The notes beneath the pieces were generated by a model that saw nothing but the letters and a program-made list of their open reading frames with translations, was not told the origin of the DNA and ran no database searches. Shown in pieces: positions 16,682 to 20,000 of a DNA stretch of 20,000 nucleotides. Location of the stretch: the IMG/VR virus record IMGVR_UViG_3300028197_000871. One strand, written 5' to 3'. The position numbers were made by a program, and so were the translations under genes. Each line of letters starts with the position of its first letter. The first letter of the stretch is position 1. The stretch comes from an uncultured virus (IMG/VR IMGVR_UViG_3300028197_000871). Taxonomy: Duplodnaviria > Heunggongvirae > Uroviricota > Caudoviricetes.

Positions 16682-16723
16682 AGCGGGGTAACTGGCAAAA
16701 TCCAGTTGACACCCCGCTTTTTT
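16682..16723 (+). terminator. Rho-independent terminator after hsp20
   Basis: AGCGGGGT-AACTGG-caaaat-CCAGTT-gac-ACCCCGCT followed by a T-run. Confidence 0.85.
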
Positions 16724-16734
16724 ATTGGTATAAT
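16706..16734 (+). promoter_or_regulatory. Consensus sigma70 promoter for the gp43 operon
   Basis: TTGACA (16706-16711), 17 bp spacer, TATAAT (16729-16734), with TG extension at 16726-16727. Confidence 0.85.
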
Positions 16735-16757
16735 TATTCTAGGAAAACTATAAACAA

Positions 16758-17087
16758 ATGAGTGTACAATTATTGCTGCTAAAGTCTGGTGAAGACGTTG
16801 TTGCTGATGTCCAGGAAATGGTAGTTGAGGAAAAGGTTGTGGGGTATTACCTTAAATACCCTTGCAGAGCTCAGCTTGTAACTCCCAACAACACAGAAGA
16901 TACTACTATTGGTGCCAAGATTCAATTGACACCGTGGATGCCTTTGGCAAAAGACAAAGTCATTCCTGTCGTATCTGATTGGGTAGTTACAATTGCTAAC
17001 CCTGTTGGACAACTTGAAAAAATGTATTTGGAAGGCGTAGAAAAGTATGAAGAACGAGAACGTCAAGCTCCTGGTCCTGACCAGTGA
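16758..17087 (+). CDS. Conserved cyanophage hypothetical protein, probable Sm-like fold
   Basis: MSVQLLLLKSGEDVVADVQE...LTPWMPL...DWVVTI. Confidence 0.8.
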   Translation: MSVQLLLLKSGEDVVADVQEMVVEEKVVGYYLKYPCRAQLVTPNNTEDTTIGAKIQLTPWMPLAKDKVIPVVSDWVVTIANPVGQLEKMYLEGVEKYEERERQAPGPDQ

Positions 17088-17310
17088 TTGTATTCTGATC
17101 TCTCAGATTGATGAGGTCCCCACAGAACTTGGAGAACCTGATTGTAAATTGACAGAACCATTTGTATTTCATCCAGATGGAACTATGACACCTTGGTTGG
17201 TGGATGTGACTAGTCAGAATGTCTTTATGATGTCTTCTGACAAAATCTTGACACTAGCAGAACCTAATAGTAAACTGATGGAGAAGTATGAGAATCTGGT
17301 GAAGGAATGA
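17047..17310 (+). CDS. Conserved cyanophage hypothetical protein
   Basis: ILISQIDEV..ELGEPDCKLTEPF..MTPWL...SDKILT; ATGA-coupled to gp43A. Confidence 0.8.
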   Translation: MKNENVKLLVLTSDCILISQIDEVPTELGEPDCKLTEPFVFHPDGTMTPWLVDVTSQNVFMMSSDKILTLAEPNSKLMEKYENLVKE

Positions 17311-18767
17311 GGTTTTATACTAATGTCCAGATGGTTGGAAACAATATTCTGGTACGTGGCATTGATAATGGTGAGAAAGTCATGTTCAAAGAGGAGTTCT
17401 CACCAACTCTGTTTGTTAAATCAAATAGAGAATCAAAGTATAAAACCCTTGAGGGTGAAAATGTAGAACCTATCAAACCTGGCACTATCAGGGATTGTAG
17501 AGAGTTCTACAAGAAGTATGAAGATGTGGATGGTTTCAAGATTTATGGGAATGATAGGTTTATCTTCCAATACATCTCTGAGAAGTATCCTGAGGATGAG
17601 GTTAAGTTTGATATTAGAAAGATTAATCTTGTAACCATTGATATTGAGGTTCAGGCAGAACAAGGTTTTCCTGACCCAGAATCCTGCTCAGAGGAGTTGT
17701 TGACTATCTCTATGCAGGATTATTCTACTAAGAAGATTACTACCTGGGGTAGGAAACCATATACTCCTACACAGGATAATGTAACTTATTATCATTATGA
17801 TGATGAGATTGCTATGCTCAACTCATTCATCTATCATTGGAACAAGAATCCACCTGAAGTTGTTACTGGTTGGAACTGTCGCCTTTATGACATTCCATAC
17901 ATCTGTGGCAGGATTGATAGGATTATGGGAACAAAGAAGATGAAACTTCTTTCTCCTTGGGGTATTGTTACCATGGATGAAATCTATATCAATGGTAGAA
18001 AGTTTAATGTCTTTGACATTGCTGGTGTGACCACACTTGACTATCTGGAACTGTATAAGAAGTTTACTTATACAAACCAAGAGTCATATAGACTGGACTA
18101 CATTGCTGAGGTAGAACTAGGACAGAAGAAACTAGACCACTCTGAGTTTGATACCTTCAAAGATTTCTACAGAGGTAACTGGAAGAAGTTTGTTGACTAC
18201 AACATTGTTGACGTGGAACTTGTTGACCGTATGGAAGACAAGATGAAACTGATTGAGTTGGCATTGACTATGGCATATGATGCTAAAGTTAATTATGTTG
18301 ATGTGATGTATCAGGTTAGGATGTGGGACACCATCATCTATAACTATCTTAAGAAGAGGGACATTGTAGTTCCACAGAAAGATAGTTCAGAGAAGAGTGA
18401 TAAGTTTGAAGGTGCATACGTCAAACAACCTAAACCAGGTATCTATGACTATGTGGTGTCCTTTGACCTTAACTCCCTGTACCCTCACCTGATGATGCAG
18501 TACAACATCTCTCCTGAGACACTGGTGGAGGAGAAGCACCCTTCTGCTACCATTGACAAGATCCTGAACAAGGAACTGACCTTTGAGATGTATCAGGACT
18601 ATGCAGTGTGTGCCAATGGTGCTATGTTCAGGAAGGACATCAAGGGATTTATGCCTGAGTTAATGGAGAAGATGTATAAAGATAGAAAGGTCTTCAAAGG
18701 TAAGATGCTTAAATCTAAGCAGATGTTGGTTGACATTGAAGCAGAAATCAAGAAGAGAGGATTGTAA
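17307..18767 (+). CDS. gp43: Family B DNA polymerase gp43, N-terminal subunit (N-terminal domain, 3'-5' exonuclease, palm motif A, first fingers helix)
   Basis: Exo I TIDIE, Exo II GWNCRLYDIPY, Exo III YNIVD, motif A SFDLNSLYPHLM. Ends ...KKRGL-stop. Confidence 0.95.
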   Translation: MRFYTNVQMVGNNILVRGIDNGEKVMFKEEFSPTLFVKSNRESKYKTLEGENVEPIKPGTIRDCREFYKKYEDVDGFKIYGNDRFIFQYISEKYPEDEVKFDIRKINLVTIDIEVQAEQGFPDPESCSEELLTISMQDYSTKKITTWGRKPYTPTQDNVTYYHYDDEIAMLNSFIYHWNKNPPEVVTGWNCRLYDIPYICGRIDRIMGTKKMKLLSPWGIVTMDEIYINGRKFNVFDIAGVTTLDYLELYKKFTYTNQESYRLDYIAEVELGQKKLDHSEFDTFKDFYRGNWKKFVDYNIVDVELVDRMEDKMKLIELALTMAYDAKVNYVDVMYQVRMWDTIIYNYLKKRDIVVPQKDSSEKSDKFEGAYVKQPKPGIYDYVVSFDLNSLYPHLMMQYNISPETLVEEKHPSATIDKILNKELTFEMYQDYAVCANGAMFRKDIKGFMPELMEKMYKDRKVFKGKMLKSKQMLVDIEAEIKKRGL

Positions 18768-19933
18768 TGGGTTATTTGATTGGTGGTGCAGGTGAAGGAC
18801 CAGAGCAGGAAATTGTTGCCTCTGAAGATAGTGGTCTCAGTCAATTGACTAATCAGCAACTTCTCAGAATGAGGGATCAGACTGTAAAGGATATTGCAAA
18901 GTTCAATAACTTCCAGATGGCAAGAAAGATTGCTCTTAACTCTTGCTATGGTGCTATTGGTAATCAGTATTTTAGATACTATAAGTTAGCAAATGCTGAA
19001 GCAATCACTCTTTCAGGTCAAGTCTCCATCAGGTGGATTGAATCTAAAGTTAATGGGTATCTAAATAACCTATTACAAACTCAAGACACAGATTATGTCA
19101 TTGCATCTGACACTGACTCAATCTATATTAACTTTGGACCTCTTGTTAATAAATTTCTTGCTTCTAGGTCTGGCGACAAAGCAGCAGTTGTGGGGTTACT
19201 TGATAAGGTCTGTCAAGACAAACTCGAACCGTTCATTGAGGAGAGTTACCAAGAGTTGGCAAAGTATGTCAATGCGTACTCACAAAAAATGCAAATGAAG
19301 CGTGAGAACATTGCAGACAGGGGTATTTGGACAGCAAAGAAAAGATATATCTTGAATGTATGGGATAGTGAAGGGGTTAGATATTCAGAACCCAAACTCA
19401 AGATTATGGGTATTGAAGCAGTCAAGTCATCTACACCTGCACCATGTAGAAAGATGATTAAGGATGCTCTCAAGTTAATGATGAATGGAACAGAAGATGA
19501 AGTAATTGATTTTATTGAAGACTCTAGACAGAAATTCAATAAGATGCCACCAGAACAGATTGCTTTTCCTAGAGGAGTGTCTGATGTAAATAAACATAAG
19601 AGTTATTCAACCATCTATGGTAAGGGTTCTCCCATCCATGTTCGTGGGGCTCTTCTATATAATCATTATATTAAAGAGCAAGGATTGACAAACAAGTATT
19701 CTTACATCAACAATGGTGAGAAGATTAAATTCATTTATCTCAAGAAACCAAACATCATTAGAGAAAATGTAATTTCATTCATCTCAGAGTTTCCTAGAGA
19801 GACTGGTCTTGACAAGTACATTGACTATGACCTACAATTCCACAAAGCCTTCCTTGACCCACTAAAGGTCATCCTTGATGCTATTGGATGGCATGTTGAG
19901 AAAACTGTAAACCTTGATTCATTTTTTGCCTGA
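18767..19933 (+). CDS. gp43: Family B DNA polymerase gp43, C-terminal subunit (second fingers helix, palm, thumb, clamp-binding tail)
   Basis: Motif B QMARKIALNSCYG, motif C IASDTDSIY, KKRY, KIMGIE and C-terminal LDSFF clamp-binding peptide. Confidence 0.95.
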   Translation: MGYLIGGAGEGPEQEIVASEDSGLSQLTNQQLLRMRDQTVKDIAKFNNFQMARKIALNSCYGAIGNQYFRYYKLANAEAITLSGQVSIRWIESKVNGYLNNLLQTQDTDYVIASDTDSIYINFGPLVNKFLASRSGDKAAVVGLLDKVCQDKLEPFIEESYQELAKYVNAYSQKMQMKRENIADRGIWTAKKRYILNVWDSEGVRYSEPKLKIMGIEAVKSSTPAPCRKMIKDALKLMMNGTEDEVIDFIEDSRQKFNKMPPEQIAFPRGVSDVNKHKSYSTIYGKGSPIHVRGALLYNHYIKEQGLTNKYSYINNGEKIKFIYLKKPNIIRENVISFISEFPRETGLDKYIDYDLQFHKAFLDPLKVILDAIGWHVEKTVNLDSFFA

Positions 19934-20000
19934 TGGACTTCTTAAAAGATATTGTAAAAGAGATTGGTGATGAGTATACACAACTTGCCTCAGACATCGA
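19933..20000 (+). CDS. uvsX: UvsX RecA-like recombinase, 5' end (truncated by the window)
   Basis: TGATG coupling. MDFLKDIVKEIGDEYTQLASDI matches the cyanophage UvsX N-terminus as I recall it, and the usual gp43-uvsX order. Only 22 codons are visible. Confidence 0.75.
   Translation, partial: MDFLKDIVKEIGDEYTQLASDI

Noticed and set aside
18737..18770. Programmed -1 frameshift joining gp43A and gp43B
   Set aside because: No X XXY YYZ slippery heptamer in the short overlap. An RBS plus TAATG coupling explains the arrangement more simply.
18700..18900. Split intein, intron or homing endonuclease at the gp43 break
   Set aside because: No intein block A or terminal HN-C/S/T, and no intervening sequence; the ORFs abut by TAATG.
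8912..19067. Intragenic CTAAATA hits (8912, 15432, 19061) as late promoters
   Set aside because: They can arise from Leu-Asn codons in AT-rich DNA. Possibly real, but not supportable without TSS data.
90..19539. Minus-strand and nested alternative-frame ORFs in the track (e.g. 5952-6260, 9572-9970, 13263-13583, 14151-14483, 15890-16183)
   Set aside because: They overlap well-supported + strand genes and show no recognisable motifs; treated as shadow ORFs.
1..20000. tRNA, rRNA, CRISPR array, transposase or integrase
   Set aside because: No cloverleaf, repeat-spacer array or mobile-element motifs seen; intergenic gaps are short and otherwise explained.

Overview
AT-rich segment of a T4-like marine cyanophage (cyanomyovirus) genome covering the DNA replication/recombination module. 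All credible genes are on the + strand, many coupled by ATGA/TAATG/TGATG overlaps. Order: uvsW (3' part), Sm-like protein, gp55 late sigma, hypothetical, gp47, hypothetical, gp46, 2OG-Fe(II) oxygenase, several small ORFs, glutaredoxin-like, CobT-like peptidase/vWA, CobS-like MoxR ATPase, DUF3310-like, gp45, three small ORFs, DenV-like glycosylase, PKHD-type oxygenase, gp44, two small ORFs, Dam methylase, gp62, regA, hsp20, two hypotheticals, gp43 in two ORFs, uvsX (5' part). Most notable: (1) the DNA polymerase is split inside the fingers domain with no intein; (2) the hsp20 leader looks like a ROSE-type RNA thermometer; (3) hsp20 is flanked by two short units, each with a TAAATA late-promoter core and a terminator, that look like small RNAs; (4) a repeated palindromic promoter motif lies before cobT and cobS; (5) an antisense sigma70-type promoter lies back-to-back with the gp55 promoter; (6) Arg codon use differs sharply between genes. 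All assignments come from motif recognition by eye; no searches or folding calculations were run.
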